A DNA stretch of 62,379 bases, the filler included, from Chiloscyllium plagiosum (Eukaryota): the NCBI RefSeq assembly GCF_004010195.1. It is 4 parts of one record of this genome, joined end to end, with 100 filler letters (N's around TTAATTAATTAA, not from the genome) between each part and the next. Parts side by side here need not be neighbours in the genome. Positions count along the whole stretch, not along the records: positions 1 to 20,170 come from NC_057712.1; 3 more parts are not named here. One strand, 5' to 3'. Numbering within the stretch: position 1 is the first letter of the stretch; each line of letters starts with the position of its first letter. The notes under the pieces were generated by a model. It saw only the letters and a program-made list of their open reading frames with translations. It was not told where the DNA came from and did not search any database. Below are positions 1-13,349 of the stretch, piece by piece. The position numbers and the translations under genes were made by a program.

Positions 1-837
1 AACCAGAGCCGGGGAAAAGTCCTGAAATAGCATGATCTTGGATCCTTTGTAGATCATAGCTTGGGGGTCTTTTCCAAGATTTCTAGAAGCTTCTAGGAGT
101 ATCTGCCTCTCCTTATAGCTCTGCAGCCGGAACAGGACCGGGCGTGGGCGCTAGTTCGAGCCGGGCCCGCGTATTGCGACCCGGTAGGCCCATTCCACCC
201 TTACCTGGCCTGATCCAGCTTCCAGATTTAAAAGCTGTGGCAGCCACTTCTCAAGGAATGCTGTAAGCTGGCCTTCCTCTTCCCAATTGGGAAGGCCCAG
301 CAAACAAATATTTTTTCGACGACCTCTATTATCGAGGTCGTCAATGTAATTCTCTGTTTGAGAGTCCGGACCCGATCCACGGCCGATTGAGCTGTAGTTT
401 CGGAGGTCGCGGCCTTTAGCTCCAACCCTCCAACTCAGCGCTCGATTTCCTGGATGTCTCGGTCGTGCTTCTGCAGCGCGGCCGAGAGTGAGTCCCATCG
501 ATTTTGTGATTCTTCGATAAAAGCGTCGATCTTCGCATCCAGTTTGGAGATCATTTCCACAAGGCTTGTCACTGTAGGTAAGTCCCCGGGGCGGCTGTGG
601 ACACCTCAGCTGCAGCTGGAGAGGGTGGGGGAGGGGTTCCTGCTTGTTGAGCTGCGGGCTCCCTTCCCTTTGGTCATTTTTACTAAATATTAGATTGTTT
701 AAATGTAATACAAAGCAACTAATTAAATTAAACAGCTATTATGAATGATTTGGTGAGTGTGGTGGGGGTGGGTGACCCACTTTACCCAAGTCTTGGGAGG
801 AGCACTTGCTAGGTCGCCACCATCTTGAACACCCCCG
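1..837 (-). mobile_element. L1-clade LINE, 5' end (5'UTR + disrupted ORF1, Transposase_22/L1 ORF1p-like)
   Basis: Minus strand begins GGGGGTGTTCAAGATGG. ORF1 pieces MTKGKGARS... and IDDLDNRGRRKNICLLGLP..EEEGQLTAFLEKWLPQLL..RVEWAYRV..RPVLFRL..KIMLFQDFS. Paralogous to 23150-24121. Confidence 0.85.
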
Positions 838-1975
838 TCCAACAGGTTTAATTGGAAGCACACTAGCTTTCGGAGCGATGCTCCTTCATCAGGTGATAGT
901 GGAGGGCTCAATCCTAACAGAATTTATAGCAAAAATTTACAGTGTGATGTAACTGAAATTATACATTGAAAAATTGATTGTCTGTTAAGCCTTTCATCTG
1001 TTAGAAACAGTGATAGTTTCACTTCTTTCATGTGTAAATCACAAAACCTTTTTTTAAAAGGGTCGCATTCTCAGGTTAGCTGTTAACAATGGGTAATAGC
1101 TAGACAATATGTTGAAGGTGTTAGCCCCCTGTGTTCTCTGTCTATGCCATGATGTTTAGATTGACTTTAATCTAAAAAGTGAGATAACAGAGTTTTACAT
1201 AAATTCATGCAGTTTTTGAGCAAAGTACAATGTAACCCTGCAAGTACAAATTCACCCCACAAAATATGTGTGCATCTGTGTGTCTGTCTGTCTGTCTGGG
1301 TTGAGGGTTGTGAGTGTGAAAAAGTGTATGTGTGTAGTGAGTGCAGAGTGTCTTAAGTCTGTGAGGGGGTGCATGTGAGAGTGTGGGGGTGTGTGGGTGT
1401 CTGTGTGCACGTCTGTGTATATGTGTGTATGTGTGTGTGTATAGGAGTGCCTGTGTGTGTGTGTGCGCGCGTGTAGGAGTATCTGTGTGTATGTATAGTG
1501 CAATGGTGGTCACCCGTAATGTGACATGAATCCAAGGTCCTGGTTGAGGCCCACCCTATGGGTACCAAACTTAGCTATCAGCCTCTGCTCGGCCACCTTT
1601 CTCTGCTGCCTGTCCCAAATTCCACCTTGGAGGATGGTCACCCAAAGGTCGGAGGCTGAATTTCCTGGACCACTGAAGTGTTCCCCAACTGGGAGGGAAC
1701 CCTCCTATATGTTGATTGTTGTGCGGTGCCCATTCATCCGTTGTCGTAGCCTTTGCTCGGTTTCCCCAATGTATTACCATGCCTCCGGGCATCCCTGCCT
1801 CAACGTAGGCTGAGTCACATGAGTACCTGCCATGTACAAGATGGGAGGTGTTCCCACACATAATGGTGGTATCTATGTCCAAACTCTGACACGTATTGCA
1901 ACGCCTACTGTGACAGGGTTGTATGGAGTTGTCCTGAGAGCCGGGCAGTTTGCTACGAACAATGAAAGTGCAGTG
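838..1975 (-). mobile_element. Penelope-like element (PLE), 3' part: Cys-rich linker + GIY-YIG endonuclease remnant, TG/CA-rich UTR, hammerhead-bearing end
   Basis: Frameshifted translation QPCHSRRCNTCQ..HGRYSCDS..WY-IGETEQRLRQRMNGHRTT..PVGEHFSGPG..VAEQRLIAKFGTH..GLN. Degenerate (TG)n tract at 1270-1500. Terminal tail is cut by the L1 5' end at ~838. Confidence 0.8.
861..895 (-). ncRNA. Minimal type-I hammerhead ribozyme motif (intact consensus)
   Basis: Minus strand reads CAC CTGATGA A GGAGC-ATC-GCTCC GAAA GCT A GTG: stem I CAC/GTG, stem II GGAGC/GCTCC, palindromic stem III AGCT, cleavage triplet CUA. Confidence 0.8.
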
Positions 1976-4949
1976 TGGCTCGTTCACAGTTATAAAGTCT
2001 CTGGTTTCCTGGAGCCACAATGTGCTAAGGATTAGGAACAAACTGGCTATCTTCAGGCTTGAGCTGATTTTTATTGCAGAGCAAAAAATGTTTCTTCTCC
2101 AGATATCTGCTTTCTGCTAGTTTATCATGACAATTTTGCAGTCACTTTACTAAGACTAACTTTATTTTCCAACTTTATATTTAGCTCAAGAGGCTGAATG
2201 GACCACTCTTATAATTTGTTCCTATGTTTAAATGTTCTGAATTACATTGAAATTCCCCCAGCTGTTGGTGCCCCTAGAGTATTATGTTGGGCCACTGATC
2301 CCGTGACATTACTGCAGTGCTGCTATCTACTCTCATGAATCGCTTAGTTCTGCAGACCACCAACATCCTGATGTATGTTTTTTGATTGAGGTGCGCTAAT
2401 GATCTTTGATAGAGTGATGGTATTGGTGCCGCAGTTGGCCCCTCTATGCCTTCAGGAAGGATAAGACAACAGTCTACACTGCTGCTTATTGTTATCCAGT
2501 GGACTCTTCTGTGTGGATGTTGGGTGAGAAAACCACTCATGTTGCCTCTCTGAAATGAGTACAGCAAGTACAGCTGCAATCTGAATCTCTTGTATCATTG
2601 TAATCGATTGAATACTTGAACGGGTGTTCTTTACAGGGCTTCTGAAATTATTGCAAGCACCAGTAAATGAAAAGCATGCACCTATAGTTCCTACCGTCAC
2701 AATATTAAAATTCTGTTACCCAAAACCTACTTTTAAGTGGCTTCAGTAATTTTTCCCTGTTTCAACCCCCTAGTTTTTGAAAGTTGTTTTTGCATGAATG
2801 AGTACAAAGTATCTGTGGACCACTGCAGCTCAGTTTCATCTCAACATAAATCTTGTATCCATCTGTTAACTCAGCAAATGTTGAAGAAATAGCTATCTCG
2901 AACAGAAGTGGCAAACCTGTTCCATTGTGGATTTTTAAAATCTAGTGACAGTGGATAATTAGAGTGCAGCAATTGAGATTGACTTGCAAAGGACAGAGCA
3001 CCTACTAAAGCATGGATCCATAATTGACGATATGTATAATCTTTTGATCACTTGAGTGTCTGTTGAGGTGGCTAAAGGAGGGTCAACATTTTTACTTTTA
3101 TGCAAGGCATCTTTTGCTTAAAAGGAGACAAGGCTGTGAAGTTCCTTTCTTGAGGTTCTTACATGCTTGATGCAACTGCAATAACACCAACTTCTGTGAG
3201 CAGCCATGATTTATTTCAGCAAGTACAAGCTTTTGGAGGATCATTTTACACACTTCACAATGCTTGCGGAACATGTCAAGCGAGGTTCTCTGAATAAGGG
3301 AACCGTCCTCCCTTTGTACGGGGTTGTACTGTTGTCCCATTGCCCCCCCCACATCGAAGCAAGATGCTCAAGAGAATGATCACCCATGTGCACAGAGACA
3401 TGAGTTAATGATCTTCTGTGGAACAGCAGTTTGTCAATGAACTATATAGTCATTTTACAGGGACGATCATCCAGATAAGGCGAGACACATATTGATTTGG
3501 TGACCATTACAATCAGAGTGTCAATAGTGAAGATTAAGCCATCTGCTGTTATACAATAAAAAACTGGCTTCACATAATGAATACTTTTCACCTTGTTAAC
3601 AGACTTTGCATGCTGAATGCTTCTAATATAAATGGCTCTACATAATGAATGCTTTTCCACCTTATTAACTCATTACCCTTGCCTCCAGCAACCCGTTGTT
3701 AATTGTAAGTTCTTATCTGAACTGAGTCCTGCTTAGCTGAAGCTCTTGTTTCACAAAGCTCTAAACTTAACTCTTTTCCTACCTGCTTGTACCATATCCA
3801 CATTCTCAGTGCATCACAGTCAGTCGTGCACGCAAGAAAGAATGCCCTGCCACTCCCCCATAGTCACATGCCACCCAAAAATAATGGAAAGTGACAACAT
3901 TATTTCGAGAAACAGTGAGATTAGGTCCTTCCTTAAAACGCTGAGAGATTAGATCCTTCCTTAAAATGCAACATTTACAGGGTAAGATTAGATAGTCACA
4001 TCCTACCTACAAGACAGAGAAACATCCTGCCCCAGAACTTCCAATTTGTTACATGTCAGCAGAACAAATTAACCCTTTAAAGTCTCAATACTTATGGAAT
4101 GAGCACTTTGTTGCAAAATAAATGCTGGCCCATTCAGTGATGCCCTTGTCCTATGAGTGAATAAAACAAAGTTGTGCTTTTTGCTCACTTTTATGTCTTC
4201 AGCAACTTCCATTCTTGGCTTCCTTCATTTTGGTGGGTCCTTGTTATGGAGTGTAGCGTGTGGCAACATGAACATAGGAGTTTAGTCAGGAAAGAAGTGG
4301 ACCTTTAGTGTCAATGTCTCTTCTGAAACAATCCAATGTCATGCTGGCTCTTGAAATTTAACAGAAATTTGCAACATTAAATTTCTTTCAGGCTTTGGCA
4401 GGGATAACTGAGCTGTCTGAGAACAGATGAAGTCAGTTCATAAAATAACTGTCTTGGTCAAGTTGTTTGGTTTTTAGAAAACTTACTCATCTCAGTATAA
4501 ATGCAGGAGGTTGGAGTACAGCTTGTGTCAGTGTAAAGTTAGGAGTTTGTTAAATGAGAGAGTTTGGTGAGAAGGGAATGAGAAGCGAAGCTGCTTTTTC
4601 TAGCATTGTCAGGTCTCGGAGAATGGGAGGTGAAAAGCTGTATGAGAGGGGTCAGAGTCGGTGAGAGTTTGGGTTACCTCGTGAAACTTCCCAACCATGT
4701 TCAGAAAAGTTGCTGCCACAGAACTGGGTTATGATGAGTAAGTGAATATTCACTCATTTTCCAAGGGTCAAAGTTTATTAATAATTAAAATCATAAATGA
4801 TTTTCACTAGTACCAATAAAATATTGATGGTATTCAAGCATATTGGGTATAGCTTAATGTAAGTGATTGAAAGTTGTTGCTGAGGAACAGGTTACAGTCA
4901 CTCAAAGAGTTCCACAAACGACTACCTCCATGGATTGTAAGGAATAAAC

Positions 4950-5720
4950 TAAATGAGATTCAGGCACAAATTTAAATTTGAAATTATGATACATTAGTTA
5001 TTATTGAGACACGGCTGAAGGTTGACAGGGATTGGGGACTAAATATCAGGTTGTAAAGTTTATAGGACAGACTGGAAAAATGGCAGCGTAGTAGCAGCCT
5101 TACTGAGTAGAAATAAAATTACTTCAGTGATATGGGTGTATATAATGAAGACACCCTATAGGTGGAACTGAGGAACAGTAAAAGATCTAAACTATATAAC
5201 AGTTTTTGTGGACAGATTCACAGTAGCTTTCTGAAGTGCTATATGATATAAATGCAGAAGTTAAGCAATTATGTCACAAAGCTAGAGCAGTATCAATGTG
5301 GATTTTAACATTAACATCTATTGGGAGGGGCAGACAAACACTTATCAGAAAGGTAGTGAATTTCTGGAGTGCACCCAGTATAGTTTCTTGGATGCAACAA
5401 GGGAACAAGCAATTTAGGATTTAGAAATCAATCTGGTAAGTCTTTGTTGAACTGCCTCTGAAGCCAGAACTTCCATCCTCAGATGAGATCAAAACTGCAA
5501 GTGATATTCCAGATGTGGTTTCACCAAAGCCATGTACAAATGCAACAAAGCATCCTGCTTCTACATATTAATTCTCTTGCTATGAATGCTGACATACCAT
5601 TTTCAGTAATGGATTGAGAACCAGAAGGCACAATTTTGAAGTGTTTTGTAAAAGAAACATTTCTTTGCACAGTGTGTACTTGGGGTCTGGTCTGCACTAT
5701 GTGGAAGTGTGGTGGAAGCA
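4950..5720. mobile_element. Highly decayed CR1 LINE fragments (endonuclease region on +, 3' region on -)
   Basis: Remnant D-LVIIETRL / wVELRN motifs and CR1-like 3' sequence. Many stops. Confidence 0.45.
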
Positions 5721-6099
5721 GGTTTGGTTGAGACACTCATGATCATCCATTGTGCACATTTGCAGCACAAAGGCAGGAACATGACACAAGTTAAAAGCTT
5801 TTGCTTCTGGGGTTGCGGGATCCTTGACATGAGAGCAAAATAAGGGAAAGGTATATGTACAGGTTGAATTGTAAAAGACGAAAGATGAGGCAGATGTCCA
5901 GATGAACAAATGCTGAAGATGCAATGCTACTTGGGCTTTGTTGAATCTTAGATGGCAAATGGACTGTGCTTCTGTTTCTACATGAAGATCACCCATTTTG
6001 GATGTGCTTTTGTGTATAGTCGTTGAGGAATAAAATATGAAAACTCAAATTTAAAGGCTCAGAATCAGTGCACCACAATAATTCTGTGATTCTGTGATG

Positions 6100-6440
6100 A
6101 ATAGAGGTAGCAGTGTGAGCAATCTACAAGATGCACTGCGGTTTCCTAGGCACTTTAAACCTGTGAACTCCAGTACCACAGATGCATGGGGCCACTGCTG
6201 TCTGCAAGATCCCCTTTGAACAACTCACTGACCTGATTTGGAAATACGTTGCCATTCCTTCAGCGTTATTGGGGCAAAATCCTGGCCCTCCCTCCCTAAC
6301 AGCATTGTAGGTGTAACTTCAAATAAGCTGCAATGATTCAAGGCGGCAACTTACCATCACCACCACCTCAGGCAGTTGGAATGGGCATTAAATGCTGACC
6401 TAGCCAGTGATGCCCATGGTCCATCAATAAATAAAGAAAA
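6100..6440 (+). mobile_element. 3' end of CR1/L2-group LINE
   Basis: Shares tail ...ATTAAATGCTG.CCTAGCCAGTGATGCCCA..ATAAATAAA with 52560-52930, 11370-11580 and 27190-27510. Confidence 0.6.
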
Positions 6441-7147
6441 AGGCAGCAACTTTTTGTTGCAACTTGACAATTGAATGCTGTAACCTACAGAATTATGGAC
6501 CAAAAGCTGGAAAGAGGGGTTACACTGGATGGCTGAATGACTTCCTATGCAGTAATGTTTTCTTGTGATCCAGTTAAACTAATTTGTTCATCTTACTCGA
6601 GTAGCCAGGGAAGACAACAAAAGGGTGGGATTTGGTGGAGGATCAACTGCAGTCACATGTCATAGCTCGGATCTGCTCTCGCGCATTCTGGTTTATTTTA
6701 TTGAACTCAATGCAATGTTCGTGCCTGTCAACAGATTGAAAAATGGCTAAGCTAATGCACTGTAATTCAGTTTTGAGATTATTTGGCCCCATTTATTAGG
6801 TTATTAATTATTTGGTCTTGGTCCAGCCACCCCCAATCCCTGCCTTTCATTTTCAATTTTTCTAACCTTAAGAATGCTTTTGTCATATTTCTTTCACCTG
6901 AGGGTTTATGCGTAAGAGTTCTGATATTATACTGATATGCTGTGTATTTTATTTATCTTCTGTTCAAATCTCTTTCTGGTATAAGCCTGACATCTAAAAG
7001 ACTTGCACTATTCTGTACAGTTTTCATGGCTGTTGCTGTTTGTAATTAATTGTTGAGGTTTACTTTTGTGTTGGCAAAACAAAAATTTAATAGTTTATAA
7101 AATTTAATTGTTTTTTTCTTCAGTTTGATAATTGTGTTCTATTGCAG

Positions 7148-7302
7148 GTAGCCGGGCGTATGTTCTCCTGTCACTGAGTCAGCAGGATGGGATTGAACAA
7201 CACATGGATTTTGACAATCGTTACACCTTGCTGGAATTGTTTGCAGAAACCACTTCTTCTGAAGAACATGGAATTTCATTTGAAGGAATTCACCTCCCTC
7301 AG
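7148..7302 (+). CDS. CUL9: Cullin-9 (PARC; CUL7/9 family) internal coding exon
   Basis: AG acceptor at 7146-7147 and GT donor at 7303. 155 bp, phase 1 to 0. Encodes (G)[51 protein letters not shown], nearly identical to the vertebrate CUL9 N-terminal region as recalled. Confidence 0.93.
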
Positions 7303-8819
7303 GTATGTGATCCTCTGTTATTTTCTGCTCCTGAATATTCCAATTAAAGCATTTCTGAAAGAAATGAATTTGCATTTTGCACTTGCCCAAAATAAAAGAT
7401 AATCTGCCAAGGAATAGCCAGCTGGTTTAATGTCAGTATGGGGCTGCTCATTATAGCTGCTTTCAAACCACTGAAGCATTTTGGCCACGTAGTCCAATTG
7501 TAGTGTCTGAAACTGCTGAAGCTGTGGGAGATGACAGCACCAATTTTATTTCTAAATGGATAATTTTTGTGACATGATGTGGATTAGAATTAGCATAAGC
7601 AAAGTTGCAAATTACTTTGTGTAACCAGGTTGCATTATCCCTCCTGTAGCATTTGCCATAGTTGGCCAGATTGTCCTCACTGACTGCCTATGTAGTGAAG
7701 GATAGTGAAAGATTGCCTTTGGTTCCATTTGCACCAAAAAATTTACAATAATAGTTTCATTTACTGTGCCATTCACACTTGTTGTGATTCCTCAAAGATC
7801 TTTTCTCATTTTGACTTTTTCCTCATCTGCATGCCACTGTCTGGAGCTATCATAGACAGATGCGGCGTCAGTGTCCAATGTGCACTGACAACATGTTCAC
7901 CACTCTTCAGTGTTGTCAGACTGTATGCCCATTGTCTAGTCTGGAGTGAGCCCAGTTACTTTGCAATATTGAAAGCATCCTTGCAATGGATTCCATTGCC
8001 CCTCTTGTCACTTTTTCAGACTGAAGCAAACTGTTAGAGCCTTAATATGCTTTTACACCCTGATTTGAATTACCAGTTTATTCCTCTCCAATGCAGAGAG
8101 CCTTCCTGCTTAAAATGTCTCTAGTTCACTCAGCCTATCTGGTGCTGAAACCCTCACGCATATTTTGGTTAGCTGTAAGTTTAAACATTTCCAGGCTTCC
8201 CTAGCATGACTGAATCTTCTGACCCCTGTAAGCTTCAGCTCAGTTAAAGGTCTGTGACCCACATCCTGTCTGGTGCCATGTTCTTCCTCCTCTTGTCCCA
8301 GTGCTAGATGACTTCCATTAGCTCTCAATTGCTTGGCATCTCACATTTAAGTCCTTTAAGGATTTGCTCTTTCCTGTGTAATCTACACTCCTAGTCTGGA
8401 AAGCTATCTCTCTGAACTGTTCGTCTAGTGTCCCCTTTCACCCTCTGAATCTCTCCTGTACCTCCATGCTGCTTCTTTAATGACCTTTTATTTTTCTTCT
8501 ATTGATTGTTTTTTTTTTTAGCCACCTGTGCTAACGTTTCCACTAACTGGATTGCTGTTACATTAATTTTAAAATACATTCATGTTCTGTGTCCTGTACA
8601 TTGTACCAAGTAGTCAATGGCTAAAAAGCCAAAAGTGTAACTTGGGTCAAATTCCACGATAAGGTGTATGAGCACAAGTAGGCCACTCAACCGTGGCTGA
8701 TAGCACTCAACTCTACTTTTTGATCTGATAATGCTGAACCCCACTTTGCTTCCTTAACTGCATAAAACGTCATTTTCCAGATGTGTGGTGTAATTCATTC
8801 ATTATTCTTCCTGTTTCAG

Positions 8820-9338
8820 ATACCAGGGAAACTCTTATTTTCTTTGGTAAAACGCTATTTGTGTGTCACCTCCCTAATGGACAAGTTGAATAACAGTGGG
8901 CAAGATCTAAGTGGAGAGCGCCAGGACTGCACTGCCTCACACGTGCCGGAACAAGCTCGGCTGCTCCGAGAGTTTGAAGTCACCATGGCAATGGCAAATC
9001 TGATTTCTGAATTAGTTCGTGTCATGGGCTGGGACCGGAACAAAGAACCTGATTTTATGGTGGGGTCAATGGGAGAAGAACTGCCCAGAAACATTAAATC
9101 AATATTTCAGCCACGAAGCATGGTTGCCAGTAACTTACTTATACCACAGCCACGGAAAAAAGCAGTCACAACTTACAAAACACGCTCAAACTTTGCCAGT
9201 CGGAGCAGTTATGTGGAATATATACAGGAGAATTTAAAAACAGGCATGACTGTGAAAATGCTGGAGGATTATGAACAAGTTAGTTGTGGAGATGAAGGAG
9301 AGTTTAGGTACAGCAATGATGGAACCCCTCCTGTACAG
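8820..9338 (+). CDS. CUL9: Cullin-9 next coding exon, running into the start of the CPH domain
   Basis: Polypyrimidine tract + CAG acceptor ending 8819, GTGAG donor at 9339. 519 bp = 173 codons, in frame with the previous exon. IPGKLLFSLVKRYLCVTSL...F-SRSSYVEYIQENLKTGMTVKMLEDYEQVSCGDEGEFRYSNDGTPPVQ. Confidence 0.93.
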
Positions 9339-11369
9339 GTGAGGAAATGCTTAATGTATGAATGCTGTGCTTTGATGCAATACAAATTAACTAATGAAAT
9401 TAGCAAATCTTTAGAATGTAGGAGCTTAAGATTTACAAAAACAAAGATTTGGTTAGTCACCATCTGAAGGAATAAAAATCCTAACAAATTGGTTGACAGT
9501 TTCATCAATGAGATGCGAAAAGAATTGTAAACAACTAAACTGAGAGCTACTTCTTTACAACTAATCTTCTAGGTTTCTGTAGCTCTTTGTTAATCACGTA
9601 ATTACTCTGTCTGTTAATGACTGGAAAGCTGAAGAATTTCTGGTGTCCTGTTACTGTACTCCAGCTGTTTAACATTATTCAATCTTGTATTGTGATTAGA
9701 TGAAAGGAAAGCAAACCTTTCTGAAAGATTCTTTAAAACATTTTGCATAAGCTGTGTTTTATTAATTCAGTCACAGAAAAATGCCTCTGGCAAATCTATA
9801 CAGCAAAATTCAACAAATTTCAATATGATATGTACTGGTAAGTTTTTTTTGTTGGTTTGCTCACATTGGACACGAGGCTTGAAGAGATCCTGACTTTAAG
9901 AAAGAAATTGTCCTCCTCTCTATCTTCAATGAGCACCCTTTATTTTGAAAGTGCTCATTCCAGATACTACCAGAAGACAAAATACTCTATCCAAATGAAC
10001 CTGTCAAAATAATGTTGACTGACTGATTACCTTGAACTTTAAGCAGCCTAGTATAGTGTGAGCGTTATGTGTTTTAGTATCATTTATTTTCGAATTTGGA
10101 TTTGAGCTGATGGCATGTGGGTTTAGGTCTGCCCCTTGAAAGGGGTTTAATAATTGATTTGTATTTCTCTAGCCATGATAATTTCTTTTTCAAAAGAGTA
10201 GTCTGAGAGCGAGTGTATTCTTAAAATCAAAATGGAAATTTATTCACATTGAGAGAGTTTTAAACGAGTGAATAAAGCAAACAGTTGTGGCTTAGGTTAT
10301 CACTTCAGAAGGTCAGAGAAGGATTTTTTTTCCTTCTGATTAAGGGAAGCAGCTATAGCTTGGTAAAAAGCTTTTGGGTTTCAGTTTGATGAGTTTATAA
10401 AAATCTTAGCTGAAGCTGGATGTGTAAAACAGTTGCTCCTCTGAAAGGGGGAAGAGTTTGGAACCAGTAAGAAATAAGTCACCTTGGTGTATGAGTCTAG
10501 TTGAAAAGTTTCAGATGAGCAGTGTTTGGTTAAGGGATGATACAACACTGAGTCTAATTTTATTTGTGTGAAGGCCCAAGGAAGAGGCTGTCAGATTCTC
10601 AGGGTTACGAATTTAAGCATTTGTTCAGTCAAACCCTTTGTGATAGGAAAGGGAAATTCTCAATTTGCTGAGTGTAAAGGAATAAGGGAGTGCTGTTGGG
10701 ATTTAACGGAATTATAGTTTACTGTGTGTTTTTAACCCTTGTACATAAATGTTTAGTTAATGCTATTATCATTTTTATGTCATAAACTTCTCTTTTATTA
10801 CTAAAGTCAAATCTGCAGCATTAAATGGTTATGTTTCAGTAGGAGATCACCGTATTAGATCTTTTTTGTTTATCAACCAAGATTTAAGCCTTGGGAATTG
10901 ACTTGTCCAATTATCCGTCAGCTGGGATCATAAATGTATTGAAGAATAGCCTCTTTTTTTATTCCCTATGAGGTCAAGGTAAAGTTGCAGTTGTCCTAGT
11001 ATACCATCACTGGACAGAGATGACTGGTGATGGTTTAATCTGAAAGTCAACACACTTCAAGTGAGGGGTGAGGTTGAGACCTTCGTGGTAACCACAGCCA
11101 GTACGGGAATTGCATCCATGCTATTGTCGTCATTCTGCATTGCAAACAATCCATCCAGTCAGCTGAGTTAACTGACTCCTCCCTATGAGAGAGATTTATG
11201 CTAACTGGCAAGTAGTTTCCTACTTTATCTCTCTCTTTTTGAATAAAAGTGTTATAATCACTACTTTCCAATTGAAATAGAATTGTCCTGAATCATAGGG
11301 AATATGTTAATTATCTCGCTAAACACTTTTACAATTTTCTGAAGGTTTTCCAGGTGCAGAGACTTGTCA

Positions 11370-11580
11370 TCCCACGTGGGAGGACATTACCATCTGCAAC
11401 TTTCCCTCCAAGTCACTTACGATCCTGACCTGGAAATATATCACAGTCCCTTCACTGTTGCTGGGTCAAAATGCTGACATTCCCTCTCTAAGGGCCTACA
11501 GCAGGTGTACTGCAGCAGTTCAAAACAGCAGCTCACCACCACCTCCTTGAGGGCGATTAGGGATAGTCAATAAATGCTGG
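11370..11580 (+). mobile_element. 3' end of CR1/L2-group LINE
   Basis: Same 3' tail family as 52680-52890. Confidence 0.6.
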
Positions 11581-12084
11581 ATGTTTTATAGTAAACACCA
11601 ATGCAGTTCCTGCTCAACTTACCTGACATCTCTCATTTTGCATCATAAATTGCCCAGAATTGCTTTCAATAGGAATGATTAACTCTCGTTCGAATATCAA
11701 TCAAAGTTCTTATTACCTGTTTTTATATTTTGAGCTGGCTTTTTCTCGTTCGAATTTTTCCCTCTAATCGTTAAGTTCTGCATTTTTGTGTCTAATGGTC
11801 TGCCCAGCCTTCTGATCTGCCAGCCATCTTTCTGCATGCTTTTTCTTAACTTGCAGGCGTTTACCAAAAGCTTGCTAAAAATTGAAGTCTATAACATTTG
11901 CCAATTCTCCTTTATAAAATTGATTGTAACCTCCTCAAAGAACTCCCAACAGCTTCTTCAGACATGCTTGTCCATTTACAAATGGGAACTTTCTTAACCA
12001 CAATCATCATAACACATTTTTGCATCTTCCCATCTTCTGATATTAGGCTAACCTGTCTGTTGCTCCCTATTCTTGAGTAGTTTT

Positions 12085-12410
12085 AGATTAGATTCCCTAC
12101 AGTAGGGAAACAGGCCCTTCGGCCCAACAAGTCCACACCAACCCTCCGAAGAGTAACCCACCCAGACCTATTCCCCAACTCTATATTTACCTCTGACTAA
12201 CGCACCTAACACTATGGGCAGTTTAGCATGGCCAATTCACCTGACCTGCACATCTTTGGATTGTGAGGGGGAAACCGGAGCACCTGGAGGAAACCCACGC
12301 AGACACAGGGAGAATGTGCACGTTCCACACAGACAGTCACCTGAGGTGGGAATCGAATCCGAGTCCCTGGAACTGAGGCAGTAGTGCTCACCACTGACCA
12401 ACCATGTGGT
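12085..12410 (-). mobile_element. HE1-like tRNA-derived V-SINE, inserted in decayed CR1
   Basis: A/B-box head, V-domain GTGTCTGCGTGGGTTTCCTCC.GGTGCTCCGGTTTCC, CR1-like tail with AATCT repeats. Confidence 0.85.
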
Positions 12411-13349
12411 GACATTTGCTGCCTTTCAATCTGCAGGAACACTTCAGAAGATAGAATTTTGAAGGAATGTTACTTATGCATCCCTTATCTCCAGAGCCAA
12501 GCTTCCAACATTCTAGAATGCAGGATATCAGGTCATAGGGATTACCAATCTCCAGTCCCAAGGATTCCTCTAAAACAATTTTCCTTCTAATACTAACTTT
12601 CCTCAAGTTCTCCTGAGTCCATTGAGTCTTTGCAAACAGAGGCCAAGTAATCATTTAGCTTCTTTACCATTTAGTATTCCCTATTATAAATCATTGAGTC
12701 TGTCTGTATTGGGCCCACTTTTGTCTTAGCCAAATGTTTGTTTATTATGTATCTTAAAATCTTTTCTAATCTGCTTTTGCTAGTTTACATTTATATCCTA
12801 TTCTCCCTTTCTTGATTTGGTTCCTTGGCTCTTCGCATTCGAAAACCCACCAAATCCTCAGGTTTGCAGCTATTTCTAGCAACTTTACAGATCTTTTAAT
12901 CTTGCACAATCTTTAACTTCCTTTGTTAGCTATGATTGACTGATATCTTTTTTTCCTTTCTGTCTTGAAGGGAAGTTTAGTTGTAGAATATTCAGTAATT
13001 CTTTAAAGACTATCCATTGTCTCTTCATACCTTTTAATGTATTTCCCCAATCCAATTCCGCTAATTTGCTCCCTATTTCCTTGATTTCCTCTGTTCAAAT
13101 TCTGTATCTTGGGTTCAGATTGAATTGCGTTACTTTTGAGCAGAATGTCAAATTCAGTCATCTAGTTATTCATCTCTCAATTATTTTACAATGCAATTAT
13201 TAGTTGGTCCTTTTTTATTACAATTTTGGATTCAGTTCCTCAGCATATTGGTATGGAAAACCATCTCTAACACATTCCAGAAGCTCATACGTTACATCAT
13301 TAGTGCTTGTTTGGATCATCAGTTGCTGTTTCTTAATTCTGCTCAAATA

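Noticed and set aside
1205..1568. His/Thr-rich ORFs
   Set aside because: Translation of a degenerate (CA)n tract inside the PLE UTR.
8781..9467. 228-aa ORF as a stand-alone gene
   Set aside because: Only 8820-9338 is CUL9-like and bounded by splice sites; the flanks are intronic read-through.
10037..10935. Possible solo LTR (similar candidate at 37508-38411)
   Set aside because: TG...CA-like ends and AT-rich motifs only; no clear TSD, PBS/PPT or second copy.
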